Positions 24,705 through 38,115 of a DNA stretch of 64,000 nt are shown here, piece by piece. Each line of letters opens with the position of its first letter. Position 1 is the stretch's first letter. This stretch comes from Yuukianura sp. NJ FZ-2021 (lineage: Eukaryota), in contig CM102289.1 in assembly GCA_046563655.1 (NCBI GenBank), positions 4,340,001-4,404,000 on the forward strand, given 5' to 3'. Under the pieces are notes generated by a model, which worked only from the letters and a program-made list of their open reading frames with translations, was not told the origin of the DNA and did not search any database. Both the position numbers and the translations under genes were made by a program.

Positions 24705-25835
24705 ATGAATAGATTATTTGGCCGTGGAAAACCGAAGGAACCTCCTCCACAGTTGTCGGACTGCATTTCAAACGTATGTTCTACTGAATCAGTAGTACTG
24801 ATTGATCTTGATCTGTTTAGGCCACGACTGTGTTCATTATATGTCCAGGGTCACGGTGTTCGTTCGCTCGAAACTGACCTTTTGTTACTTATGGCTCTGC
24901 TTGGTTTCGTAATTAAACTTCTATTAATGTTTTCTAGGTCGACAAGCGTGCCGAGGATATTGAAAAGAAGGCTGCACAATGTGATGCGGAATTACGGAAA
25001 ATACGAGAGCAAATGAAAAAGACTAGGGATGGTCCTGCTAAGAATGCACTGAAACAGAAGGCGTTGCGAGTTCTTCAGAGAAAAAAGGCGTAAAGTTTTA
25101 TCCCATGCGCTGAGTCGTTTTCACTTCGTACCATTGACGTTATTAGTTTAGATTATTAATGTATTTGTTTCCCGAATGCTCCATTCCAGGTACGACGCTC
25201 AAGCCGACGGTATGCGTGCCCAATCTTTCAACATGGAACAAGCTACGATGGCTCTACAGACAGCAAAGGATACACAAGTAGTCGTATCTGCAATGAAAGC
25301 TGGAGTGTCTCAAATGAAAAAGGAGTACAAGAAAGTGAACATCGATCATATTGAGGTAATTGATAATACTTTGTTCAAGTCAAACGTTGAATTAACAGAC
25401 TTTATATTCCGAGTGTGCTTCAGAATTTTGAATTTCTTGTTGACATTTAAAAAAAATTACGTCCTGTACTACAGGACTTGCAAGATGAGATGGCAGATAT
25501 TCTAGAGCTCTCTGAAGAGGTCCAGGGTGCTCTTGGGCGTACCTATAACATGCCGGATGTAGACGAAGATGAACTAGAAGCTGAACTCGACGCGTTGGGA
25601 GATGAAATTGCTTTAGATGACGACGCTTCCTACTTAGATGATGCTGTCAAGGCCCCCAATGCTCCCGACCGAGAACCAGGCCGCCCAGAACCGGTCCGCA
25701 ACACGGTAAGATAGCTTTTTTCGTTATGGAATTGAGAAGCAATTTGAAGCAAGTTCAGTAATAAATTATCTTCCAACTTTGCAGGATGGCGTACTTGTTG
25801 ACGAGTTTGGGTTACCGCAAGTACCGGCAGCATAA
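24705..25835 (+). CDS. CHMP5: Charged multivesicular body protein 5 (Vps60, ESCRT-III), 5 exons
   Basis: [66 protein letters not shown]-terminal [16 protein letters not shown]. Confidence 0.95.
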
Positions 25836-26238
25836 GGCCAGGGGTATCTTCTTTACTAAAATCATATTCTGTTTCAGATAATTAATTAATATACTTAGTT
25901 AATTAATGACAAGTATTGTCTTCACTTCCCAATTAAGAAATGAGCAGTTTGAAGTCAGCGTATTCAAACTAAACCTTCCGTTCCACTTGACTTTTTAATA
26001 AACCACCGTACAAAAACGTAATAGTGAGCTTCATTACCGTAATTTCACCTCTTAATTAAAAATAGAGTTTCTCACCCAACAGGTTCTAACTGGGATAAAC
26101 TCAACTAACAGGTTGAGAAGTTTAACTGTAAATGCAAAATATATCATCACAAATGTAAGCTACATGATGGACATGGCAGATTATGTCAGTATATTGTCAG
26201 TGCTGATTTTGAAAAATCGTGTTTTTCTACAGGTAACC

Positions 26239-28077
26239 TTAGTGTTCGTGTTCTCTGTTGTAGCGTACGAAGAACGACTTGCCGTACTCGTACGTAGAAA
26301 TCATTATAGCACAGGCTGGCGCCACTTTCACGATCCTTGGGACATAACCCCGGAATAGCCCACGAACGCCCTCTGTGTTGTAAATTCGCCTCATCACGCT
26401 CTTCGTTGTTGACATTGTCTTTCCTGCGTAATTCAAAAGTATACGAATCATATATAAGCCTTCATACGGACTTTAACTAAATGAGGAGGTTCGAAGATTT
26501 TAGAAAGCGCCGAGAGCGCTGTCGTAGGGAAGGTTTCTCGGAGAACCCCAAAGTTAACTTTTAATGCTTCGTTTTAAGCAGCTACTTCAGAATATGAGGC
26601 ATAAGCAGGTTTGATCCCCGTGTGAAGGCTTTTATGCCGTTACTGCAAGCGAACAGTATTCAATAGTTCGGTGTGGAATTTTTACCTGTGAACATACCTC
26701 GGACTGAGAAATCTGCTTCCCCTAATTCAATCTGCCTGTGTGTTTTCACTACGTCAAATGGAAGAGTCAAAGTACCAGCAACCTGAAAAGGCATTTACAT
26801 TTACTCTAAATTACATTAAACTAAACGACCTAATATAGCTTCGTCTTGAAATTTTAAATAATCTCACAGAACCAGCGACAGCGCCTGCGAAAAAACTGAA
26901 TCCCATTGTAGGCTCATTGGATTGACCAGCGGCTCTCTTCAGACCTTCGTAAGTGGACCAGTACACTGCTAAACTTCACAAAGGAACCAAGAGTTAAGGA
27001 TAACGTGTGCACTTTGAGAACAAATCGTACTGTACGAGATGTGAAAACAGCATTTACCAGAGAAAGGAACATCTCTGAGAATTGTCGGAGCCCATCCAAG
27101 CCAGAACCCAGAAACCCCGCGAGATTCCATAAGACTCCGACATGCAATGCGTACTTCTGCAAAGAGAATGTCATAAATCAATGATGTAAAAAAAGTGGCC
27201 AAAATACAAATGGACAAACCTTGGTATGATAGTTTTTTAGACTGCATTTTAGTGCGAACTAGTTCTAACGGGTTGACTATTGTTACGGCCCATGTTCTCG
27301 CTATGGCACCGGACATCAAGGGTATCCATAGGGGTTGTGCCAGCGTTCCAGTTCTGTCGACATAACGATCGTGGAGCAGAACACGAAGCTGTTCGTAAGT
27401 AACGAAGTAGGTTATGGTGGCAGGAATCGCCATTATTAATGTCGGTGGAAGTCCACTCCCTACATGTCGGTGTTCAAATACAACAAAGAAACGTATTTCA
27501 ATTTTAATCCATAGGTGGTCCAATTTATCCTAATAGCTTATATCTAATCGTCAGGGCCTTGAATCAGCTAGTACTAAAACATACACAAAGAGAGCATTCC
27601 TTCATTTCGGATAATGTGAAGCAGGGTCCCCTGAAACCGAAAATACAGCAAGTTAGGTTTAGGTACAACATAATGTAAAACAGCCAAAGGTATGCAACTT
27701 GAACCGTACAATTGAACCATTTATTTGAATAGGTTTTTTGGCCCAGGCGTTTGTGGTTCCGTTGACGCAGGGGCAGATATGATCCATCAGACCGTTGCAA
27801 TAGAGAAAACATCTATTCGATAGTAGCGCCTTTTGCTGGCTCTGAAGTCGAATTTTGATCACATCAAATGGAGTCACTAATAGATAAAGAGCAGGCAATT
27901 TAATGGTAAAATAATCAGTGTGTGCTGGTCCTATAGTTTTCGAAACGTTCTCAAGCGTCAAGCCTGCAAAAACTACTTACCGACTAACGATGTGAGAAGT
28001 GCACCGGTACAAGTTGAAATCATCTGCTGGAAAGGTGTAATCCGGAACCTCTTTTCGTCTGATATCGTTCTGGACAT
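26239..28077 (-). CDS. SLC25A40: Mitochondrial carrier SLC25A39/SLC25A40 (Shawn-like, glutathione importer), about 8 exons
   Basis: Starts MSRTISDEKRFRITPFQQM. Three carrier motifs: TPFDVIKIRLQ, NPLELVRTKMQ, LPFDVVKTHRQ. Also CFLYCNGLMDHICPC, WSGLPPTL, LRDVPFSAVYW and PRIVKVAPACAIMISTYEYGK. Confidence 0.92.
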
Positions 28078-28848
28078 TGTGTCTAAATGAGTATTGGTGG
28101 TTATTCACGTTAGCTTTGGTCGTTTCTGCAGCTTTTGTTAAGAGATGACCTACTCCCCGTCCCCAGTTACTATTATAGTTAACTGTTCTCTCTCAAAAAA
28201 ACGTGTTTTAATAAGCTGCGATCCAAGCACCGCTCTTCTTGTTTTGAAAGTAAAACTTTTCTTTGAAATCTTTCTAAATACTGTTCCAGGGTCGTAGGTA
28301 ATCCTCTGATTCATGTGAATCCTGCGAACTCACATACGTTTGTATCAGCCAGCCGCAGCCTCAAAACTCTTCGCGTGAAGAGTTTTCAGAGGTTTCTCAG
28401 GATTAGTTTCATCCGGAGAGATCATGTAAAGTTGTTTTGTTTTTTTTGGCATTGGACGGACCAAGGCCTTTGAACTTTATGAGGAAAACATTTTGGAGAG
28501 AGAATCGTTACTCAACTGTAAGCAGTACTTATTATTGTTTACATACGATCGAAGTTCAAACTAAAAGTCTACAAAGGAGAACCAATGGGAATTATCGCAG
28601 ATACTCATAAGGTTGAATAACAACAATTATAATTTAACTCGATTGAAGTCGAATAATAATATCAAAAATCAAAGTCGGTTATTCTTTCGTTTGCTCCGAA
28701 TTTCAAGAGATCGAATCCGAGGTAAAATATCGCTTCATAAATTCATAATATGCGACACAGTGTCCCACTTAATAGTTACTTACTCCTTCATATGCATTCT
28801 AAATCTAGCATGAATTTTATTGTTTTAAGGTTCATATTTAAACGCTAA
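28078..28848. promoter_or_regulatory. Putative bidirectional promoter between SLC25A40 and RNF7
   Basis: Head-to-head ATGs are about 770 bp apart. This is inferred from gene layout only; no core motif was identified. Confidence 0.5.
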
Positions 28849-29190
28849 ATGTCGAACACAAATGACGTTGATATGGGGCCAGGAAGCGCAGATCTCGACA
28901 ACAACAAGAACGAGAAGATGTTCACTCTTAAGAAATGGAACGCCGTTGCCATGTGGAGTTGGGATGTCGAATGTGACATTTGTGCAATCTGCAGAGTCGG
29001 TCTGATGGATGCATGTCTCAGATGCCAGGGCGATGCTAACAAACAGGCCAACGGAAAGGCAGACTGCGTTGTTGTATGGGGTGAATGTAACCACTCTTAC
29101 CATCAGTGTTGTATGTCCCAGTGGGTCCAGCAAAATCGGCGATGCCCATTGTGTCAAAAGGAATGGTGCGTACAGCGCCTAGGGAAGTAA
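28849..29190 (+). CDS. RNF7: RING-box protein 2 (RBX2/ROC2/SAG), intronless CDS
   Basis: KMFTLKKWNAVAMWSWDVECDICAICR..CVVVWGECNHSYHQCCMSQWVQQNRRCPLCQ is a RING-H2 with RBX2-type residues. Confidence 0.95.
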   Translation: MSNTNDVDMGPGSADLDNNKNEKMFTLKKWNAVAMWSWDVECDICAICRVGLMDACLRCQGDANKQANGKADCVVVWGECNHSYHQCCMSQWVQQNRRCPLCQKEWCVQRLGK

Positions 29191-30212
29191 CAACACTAAT
29201 AGGTACAAATGAACACTGGTAAGTTATGTCTGATTATTTCTGTCTGATCTGTTCTGTCTGATGTTATCTGTCTAATGTATTTTTTTTTTTTCTATATTAG
29301 TTTCTACTTTACTTAGATTAATTAGGGATAGTCATTAAAGCGAGAAATTCCGAACTCCAGATGTAGCTTTACTTTTGCCTGGAATCGCATTACTATGGTA
29401 TAAGGGCTAAATATTGTGGCACAATGATTTATGATATAATTTGCGGTTAATAAAAATGCATAATGAATTTCAGCCCGCTTTACGCTGCAGTTTCGTGATG
29501 GACAGATTTTATTAATACTAGTAATCGTAAATACTGCAATACAGTCATCAGCAAAAGCTATACATTGGATTAGCACTGTTTGTGAGACTGGACATTACTT
29601 CATGAAATCCAAATTCATTTTCCTGTTGACTCTGACTCTAAACAATAAAAAAGGTTTAGTAAATTAAATAATAATAAATAATTTACTATCGGCATTATTG
29701 TATTTATCGGTCCTGTCATTGGAGCCGTTAACACACTCAAGCCCACACTATGAATACATCGCGCAGGGTCAACTTGGTCCTGACCCGAGAAAGAAAATTT
29801 ATATTGCGAGTACATGTCATTACGACAACCAGTTTTTTGTTAACTGCTTACTTCCTACTGGTTTTTAGTAAGCGGACATTGCGGTAACGGAAAGTGCGCA
29901 ACAATTTAAAAGTGGAGGTCTAGCCTATTTGGTTAAAAAAAATTCTTACAGTAAGTAAATTGTAACACGATTTGTTTACGGTAATACTAAGTTTCAGCAT
30001 TATTCGGTTGAATACTATCTAGGAGAACGGATGTGTATATGGGCGGATATGACTACTACTAGCGTTACCTTTGTATTTGCACACTGGATACCAACTATAA
30101 ATTATTGCTTAGTTAGTTCAAACTTTCGCGAAAGAGCAAAAATAATTCTACATAAAGTACCTAAAAGGCATATGGAGTAATCAAAGCTATAAAGTCTTGA
30201 TGGCAAGAGCAA

Positions 30213-33200
30213 TCAAAATTTCCTTTCGAAAAAGGCTGCAATATTCTGAATTTTTCTTCCAGATTCCATACCTCCTAGAACTGGCGAACTGCCAAAGGAT
30301 GGAACACTGGACCAATGGCACTTAGTTGACAATGGGACTCCAACAATATTGCTAGGAGTATTGACTGATACGACTCTACTAGGAAAGCTTCCTGGAGGGC
30401 AACTTTTTATATTGAGCCGTGCGTTAGATGCGTCAGAGGTTTTGCTGGAAGCGGAGTATGCATTGGGAGTATTAGAGCTATTGGCAGCGAAAAACTCCAT
30501 TTTCCTTCTTGCAGTGTTACCAGTTATGGGTGTCGAAGATAGTTCTTCTGCCTTGAACGATTTGAATTGATTCGTTGAACTATTCTCTGATGACGATCTC
30601 TTCCGTAGGGAATCTGAAGAACTGCGTTCTACCGTACTCGAGGACTGAGCGTCCAATGGTACTAGGACGACTGAGTGAGTGCTGTTACAGCCCGTGGTTG
30701 TTGAAACGCTGCCCGGCGAAGAGAGGGGTTCTGACTGGTCTCTTGAAACTCCACAATACTTTCCACGTAGGAAGACACGCCGGTTCTCCTTATACTTCTC
30801 TATTCTGTCTCTCGTATTTGGATCATTGTTATCCACTGTTGCGTTTGCTACTTCGAACAGATGACTGATATTCTTCGGGACTGAAACATCAAACATTTGA
30901 ATTACATTTAGTATTAGCTCGTTTATTCCATGCCGCGATAATTTCGCGAAAAGTTAATTTCGCGGCGAGATTGACTTTCGGAATTGTAAGCAAATTCGGC
31001 ACCAAACCTTCAATTGGCACCCTGTAAACACCTACAAATATAAATCACATGCGATACTTACCAAGTTACTAGTTTTTAGTAGTTACGGAAATTAATTTCC
31101 AATATTAGACTTTTGCCACTTACCACTTACGGTATCCTTCCCATCCTTGTTGAACTCCACTTCTTTTGTACTGTCATTTCTGAGCTCCGGGTAGGTATCT
31201 GCCCTTGTCATGGTGCTGGCAGGCTTAGTATTAACTTGTTCTGGATTTGACGAACCCGATGAGGCCGATACAAGAACGTCACCTAATGAGAATCTGTGAT
31301 GTTGATACCTCGTATTCGGTCGGTCTTTCACAGCAACATTTGCTTCACTACACTTATTGCTGACTCTTGGAGCCGGTCTTGGAAGTTTTCCGGGATTTGC
31401 GCATCCAGCACCAGCATTGTTGTCTCGAACTACTGCAGTAAGAATAGGTGGCCCTTGTGACAACGAGACTACCTCTTGCGTTCGTGTAGCGGACGATTCA
31501 AACTTATCCAGAAGCTCACGTACACTCTGCTTCCGATTAAGAAGGTGTTTTGCATCAATACGGTTAGAAGTTGTGACTTTATCACACTGGTTCTTCCCCG
31601 AGTTTAGTGAAGGTTCTGAATGTCTCTTGTACAGTAGAGATTTTTGCTCTTCCCGTTCAGACGGTGATATCGGACTGTCCACGATTTTGCAACTTTTCTC
31701 AGTGTTGAGAGAATTTGGATTTTCAGAACTCTTGACACTTCCGTGTTTTGGAACAACTGTTAGTGCGAACTCATGTCCTGTGTCGTTCAACGGAGCACTG
31801 TTACATCGACTGAGCAAACTTTGTTTTGTAGGCGACAGTTTCGGTACGTCTTCACTATTATTAGCCAACACTCCGCTTTTTGTCTCAGTATCTTGAGCGA
31901 TTGACTCAAGAGTACCGATTGTGGTTTCTTTGCTTTTTCCAAGGACTGCACTCGACTCATAATCAGAAATGACCGTCGATTCATAAGATTCTACTTCCTG
32001 ACTTTCATCCAGACCTGTTTCAATATTTTGCTCGTGCTTCAAAGTGCCAACATCATCGGAATCCGAAGGCCTCGAATTCTCGACATTATTATCCAATTTA
32101 CATTGCTCATTGATTGGTATTTGTATTTGCATGACATCGTACTCATCTGATTGGATTCCACCGGTAAGGACGGAATATACTGAAGAGCAAACTTGTGCTT
32201 TACTAAGCTCCTCAAGGACTTCAATACTTTGGGTTTGTGTGGAATCACGTGATCCCATTGGCGCATTGCCAAGAACGTTAGGAATGTTTTCCGTAGTTAC
32301 AGCTGGAGCTGACGATTCAGGACTAATGTCAATGGAGAGTCCGTTGTCCCCCAGAGGGGAAGGCGAACATCGGACTTCATATGTATCTAACTCGTGTACT
32401 TGAGCATTACTTGTCAATACGTTCGGATCGGATGTAGAACTCGGGTGACGTTGTCTTTCAGATTGCGGTTCCTCAGAGAGTGAACATGAGGAGGACCTGG
32501 TATCAGATCCTTCGTTGAAAAGTGGCGAATATATTATATTTGTAAGGGAACGAGGAGCAGCTTCTGGAGTTGTGTCTGACGAGCTCTCATCTACACTGGA
32601 ATTGCTACCAAGTTCATTGAACGGTTCTTCACGCTCGATACTTTCACTCAATTCTGGGCAGTGGAGAGTATTTACCCTGGACAATTCGGCATCCTGGAAG
32701 ACATCCTTGACTGTTCCACTTCCGCTTTGCGGTGAGTTACCATAATTTGTGTGTATGTCAACCGTAGCGACAGGCGGCTTTTGAGAATCCTTCAGTTTAC
32801 TAAGTCGTGGCTTGGCTTTTGGGCGGTGCACCGGAGAGCTGGGAACAGAATTGCTATTCCCATCTACTTTCACACAGACCAAATGAAGAGTCGGAAAATT
32901 GTCATAAATTGGAGAGTTTTCTGATTTCGAATCATAACTTGTGCTTGTGAAGCTCGGCTCAGTGTTTTCATCTTGGTTGACATTAGTTGAATTCTTGGAA
33001 CTATGTGGACTAATTTTCGTCACGTCGCCAGCGTCAGAGTCACGCCTTTCATATAGTCCAAGAGGCTTGTGTTTCTGAACTGTATCCTCAATCGGTCTAA
33101 TAGAATTCAAAGACGATTTCGAATTCGTCTGTCTATCATCCTCTTCATGAATCTCTGCATGAATAATTCCAAGTGCTTTCATTGTACCCTCAAAGTACGA

Positions 33201-36200
33201 GTCATGGGAAATTGACCTGAAACAGAATTGAAAATCGTTTTGAATCAGCTATATAACCTCAGCAGCTAACATTGCAATGTTTGATTAGAAAATGCTGCTT
33301 AGAAAACCATACCTATTGTGTGTTTTGGAAATGTCGGAAGGTTTTCTGGTATTGTCGCTGTCACTGGCACTGGTATCTGGTAATGCATGTAGGCAATGAG
33401 CATTGAACGTGAAATCTTCCGTGTCATCAACCACATTTCTGGAAGCTGTTTGGAGTGTTTCGTCTCCATTGCTTGACTCATCAACTTCTATTGTATTTTC
33501 GAGCCTAGTATAACCCGCTGAAGCAGTGTCGTCGTACGGTGTGCACACTAGAGACTCCTCGCTTCGCACAGGACGAAGTTTATGCCCAAATCCTGGGACA
33601 GTTCCATCTTTTAGGTTTTTAGCGCTATTCACCTTGAAAACATTAATTAAAAAATAAGCTTTCAGCAATCTGCAAATTATGTTAAAGCTAGTAGTAATTC
33701 CGCATTACTAAAAAAGACGGCTCTCATCCTTACCACGACTCGGATATCGGCCGCGGTTGTTTTCCGTGGACCTTTGGAAAAACTCCGATTTCTACCAAAA
33801 AAATTCTTCCAAACACTGGCTGAGGCCGGAGTTCCTTTCGTTTTGAGTGTCGGTCTTCGTTTAGATGTGTCAATTACAGTATGATATCCAAGAGGAATAG
33901 AAGATGGACCGACTCCCACCTCGATATAACCTCTATTGGGATTTAACTTTTCTTGAGCCTCTTCCAGTGACATTAGCTTCATAGGCGAAATCGACGGAAC
34001 TAAAAGAGACTTCGGCCTACCCAGGCCTGAATTTCCCCAGGAGGCTGGTAGCGGTAATTTGTCATCGCCGAAGAACATCTCAGCGTAACGGATAAGGAAC
34101 TCCGTGACGATTACATGGTTTGAAACTCCCTGAGATTGATAAGCACGAATAAAACGTTGGTCCATAGAAAACTTAATGCTAAGATAGCGTATGTCATTAA
34201 GAAAAACTACCTTAAACTCAGCTGCGTTCCCTCCTTCCAAGTCCCGACTCCGAATGAGGTTTGGTGCCCAAACAATAGCCATATTTTGGGCCGTCATTCC
34301 AGTGTGATCCGAATAAACTGTCATCCTACTTAAGTGCAGCATCAAATACTGCAATGTTCTGTAAAAAATTAACACAAAGGAGCCCGAGTCAACCCATTAA
34401 AGACAAAGGAAATAAGGTAAAGTAAATCTTTTCCCTTAGAATGCTGAAGTAGGACGTAAATATGAGGTAGTAAACGCAATGGTGTAAGAGCCTTCCTTAC
34501 CTGTAATGTGGTGGAGGTAATTCTCTAATTACTTCCTTAATATTTTCAAATCGTTCTTTAACTGAGAGGGTATTGATGGCTTGAACAAATTTGTCGTATA
34601 GTTGATATGTGCACAGTGGATTAGGCAATTCCCGAAAATACTGTTAAAGAAACACAGAACTATTTAGACTTACTAACGGTAGGCAAAATACCGAAAAATC
34701 TTTAGACGGCTTTAACCACAATAACGAAATCGTAATTAACTTAGGTTATGGTCATTTTTTCTGTTCTCCCCCATAGAAGAAGTCAAACTTTTCACCTGCT
34801 TTACTACAGAGGACGCAGCATGAACATCCTGCCGAATTCCCTCATCTTCTTCTAAATTGGGAACTTCGTCGGCATCGAACAGCCGTCTGAAACATAAAAA
34901 AAAAACAGATCAACCATTGTTGAATTACATGTTTACGTAGAAATTCAAAATGAAGTCATGATGAATTATATGAATACAATTTTATAAAAACCGGCTTCCG
35001 ATACAAGGATAATCTCCGTGGATTTGTCCAAGCAAGTTAGTTGAATTGACATTACCTCAAACGCTGCGTGTTTCGCAAAGAACCAGAAATGCGGTATATT
35101 CCGTCACAAATTCCATGAACTTCAATATATGTTGAACATGTTTTCAGTATCATTGGGACTGAAATAAAGATATACACAAAACATAAATATAACAACTACA
35201 TATCAGTTATACAAATGTAATAGTATACAAAGTAGTTAGACTTAGACTGTATAAGTTATGAATCCTTGCCTTCATTTCCAGTGTTTAGAAGATGTTCTGA
35301 CAAATCGCAACTGAACACTCTCTCACGAAGAATTCCTCTCTGCTGAAGTACACGCTTCTCGGGTCTGGACATCATCGATCTACGGCAAGAGAAATACTCA
35401 TTGTTTCTAATTACATCTTCATAATATCATACGTTTATTCCACTTTAGTCAATTGATCAGACCTGAAGAAGGAGATTATCTTCCCGTGTTTACGTAATAC
35501 AGGTTTATTGGGAATCGGCAATGAAATCGAGGTTATTGACACCCTTGCTACTCTCCGCGCTGTTTGGGCAGAAGTAAGGAGTCCAGAATTGAGTTTCGCC
35601 TTCTCCCCAATCACCTAAGAAAATATTGAGATAAGCAGTTTATAGTAAGTATTTCATTATTTTATAACTGTTACATCACTTACCTCGACGAAGTTCCTTG
35701 GAAAAAATCCGACCTCGAAATTGATCCCGGTCTCCTGTGACTCTCGAGTGAGCTTCCCTCTTAACCACATACTCTGAAAACCATTTTTGTTTAAACTACG
35801 CTTTCGTTTTGGAAACACGACGTTGTGAAGGAATTTACCTCTCCATTCGGTGGTAAGTCAATAACAGAGATCATTTCTCCAACCTGCAATAAAGGAATTC
35901 ACGGAACATTAAAGCCAGGAAGTCAAGCTTAACCGAGGAAGGCCGACGACTCGCCATACTTGTTATTTCTCACCTTAAACGATAGCTCATCTGGAGCTTG
36001 AGCATCGTATGTCTTTATAGCAAGTGCTGCGGCTGTAAACAAATAAAGAAATAGTGGTTTTACTTTTAGTTGTCCAGTATTTTTAGTTTTTATACTGAAG
36101 GTAAGATTGTGCCGGGTTATTAGTACAGCCAGGGTTATCAGGTAACCACCATCTCTATCTCGGAACGACCTCAGGGATGAGGATAGCCAATAATCACAAT

Positions 36201-38115
36201 AGGCAATGCCAATACTTCATCGCAAGATTTGTTGCAACTTACCGACTGCCGGTGTGTTCAAAGCCGCGTCATCCGAAGAAATAATGTGACGTCCACGATT
36301 ATCAATCTGAGGAATAGACAAAGTCAATAAACTCGGGTCAGACGAAATGAATAAGACGAAATCGAATTACCATTCATGCGTGTTTTAGTTTGCACCTTAG
36401 GTTTGTACTTTGTTACATGTGCTACTTTGTACTTTAGCTATGTACTTTGCTAGTAGTTGACCTCTGAAGCCTTACCTCAAACCAACTGAGGACAGTACCG
36501 CAAGTGATTGTATTCGCAGGAAGCGCTGTTAGGCGACACAGATACCTTTCAATCACGTCCTTGTATTCATCCTGCGAAAATAAACACAACAAAAGACTTC
36601 AATTCATGCACGAAGATTGTACACTAAAAGGAGCGTTAAAAAGGAGGACAGGATGCTGTAAATCAGAAAAGACTTTTAAAATGAGCGTTCAAAAGAATTA
36701 CTACTTAAGCAGTGACAATGGCAATGCAAACAAATGGTTCACGACGATCAATGGCTCAATCATCAATATCTGAGCACTCGATTTTAGACACGAAGGTTGA
36801 ACAGAACATGTGAACTAAATAGCTGTTATTCGTACTAAAATAAGATTACAGCTAACGTTAGCCATATCGACGGGAAATGATAGCTTACTGTGTGGACGCA
36901 TTCCTTTGAAAATGCATCCTTCAAATTTTCGAGGCGTGAGAACGTCCTAGCCCATGTGCATTTGTGAATTTGTTCATCAATGTTGATCCAGTTTGTGAGT
37001 GTCCTCCGGAAGAGCCAGTATTGCTCTCCGCTCGAAACCTTAAAACCAATATGCAAACGATTAAAACTAGGTACGTTCAAATAAACTGCCTTAAAAAAGA
37101 CTCAAGTGCATAGAATTCATAATTGGTGTACTGAAAAACGTATATTAATGTGGCACAAATGCACGGGATAGGGCAGGTAGTTCTACTTGGCTGGCTTTCT
37201 AAGAAATGCTAAAATGAAAGGAAACGTATACTGCGCGGGTTTTTACGTTATTCCAATTATACAATAACTTACCTCGATCGAGAAATTGAGCTGTTTATTG
37301 GCGGGGAATTTTGTTGCATCGTCGACCAGTTCCTCGTCAGTGTCGGTGGTACATCCATGAACGTGATCCTCTCGCACAGTGAACTAAGTTTGATAACACG
37401 CAACACACAAATAACGTTAGGTTTACGTATGTATTAAACTTATGTAAATCGAGTTTTCATTAATTGCTAATGGTTCTTCTGCCTGTTCTCCTTTTTATCC
37501 CGAACTCTTTTTTTTTTATCCAAATGTACCGTTTCACAACGAAGTACATATTTCGTGTATTTCATGTGGGATGGACCGGAACAGTGTCGGAAATCCGGTA
37601 GAAACTTATCGGTGAATGAACATTTTCCAAACGTCAAGAGTTACTTTTAGTAAATGTATTTATGTAAAAAAAAAAGATATGCTTACCTTGAGTTGTGGCA
37701 ACTCAACAATGTCATAGTGAAAATGAGCACATTCTTCCAGTTTCGGAAATCTGGATCCAGGGCCTCCTTGTCCTCGGATTATGGGTTGATGCCCATGAAA
37801 TGAATATCCGCTTGTTGTGCTCGACGGACGGCTTCCCGCGGTTAAATGTTGAATTTTAATACTGCCACCCTTAGGCGTTCCCCTTTCCGAAACCTCCAAA
37901 ATGCCATTCTGAAAAAATTATACCTCAAGGATTTTCTTCTGTTCTCGCAAACGTATCAACTTTATAATAGCACGGTGTGGTGACCTTATACGAGTGGCCA
38001 ATTCTCTCACCTGCGAAACGTATTTTGGGTGAACATCAGCCAGCACCATAGATCTCCTACCAATTTTCGGAGTGGATCTCAATACGGCATCATTTTCCTC
38101 GTAGGGACTAGACAT
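30213..38115 (-). CDS. CdGAPr: PX-like/SH3/RhoGAP protein of the CdGAPr / ARHGAP32-33 family, about 19 exons; start codon uncertain
   Basis: RFPKLEECAHFHY; IDNRGRH..LNTPAVAAA..YDAQAPDELSFKVGEMISVID (SH3); ILRERVFSCDLSEHL, DGIYRISG, YFRELPNPLCTY and TGMTAQNMAIVWAPNLIRS (RhoGAP); RSISHDSYFE; long Ser-rich tail. Confidence 0.88.

Noticed and set aside
26605..26630. GGTTTGATCCCC tRNA T-loop-like motif
   Set aside because: No acceptor, D or anticodon arms could be built.
37909..37923. Apparent 15-nt intron or in-frame stop in the RhoGAP 5' region
   Set aside because: An upstream donor (CAG/GTGAGA, about 38010) gives a normal in-frame intron of about 100 nt.
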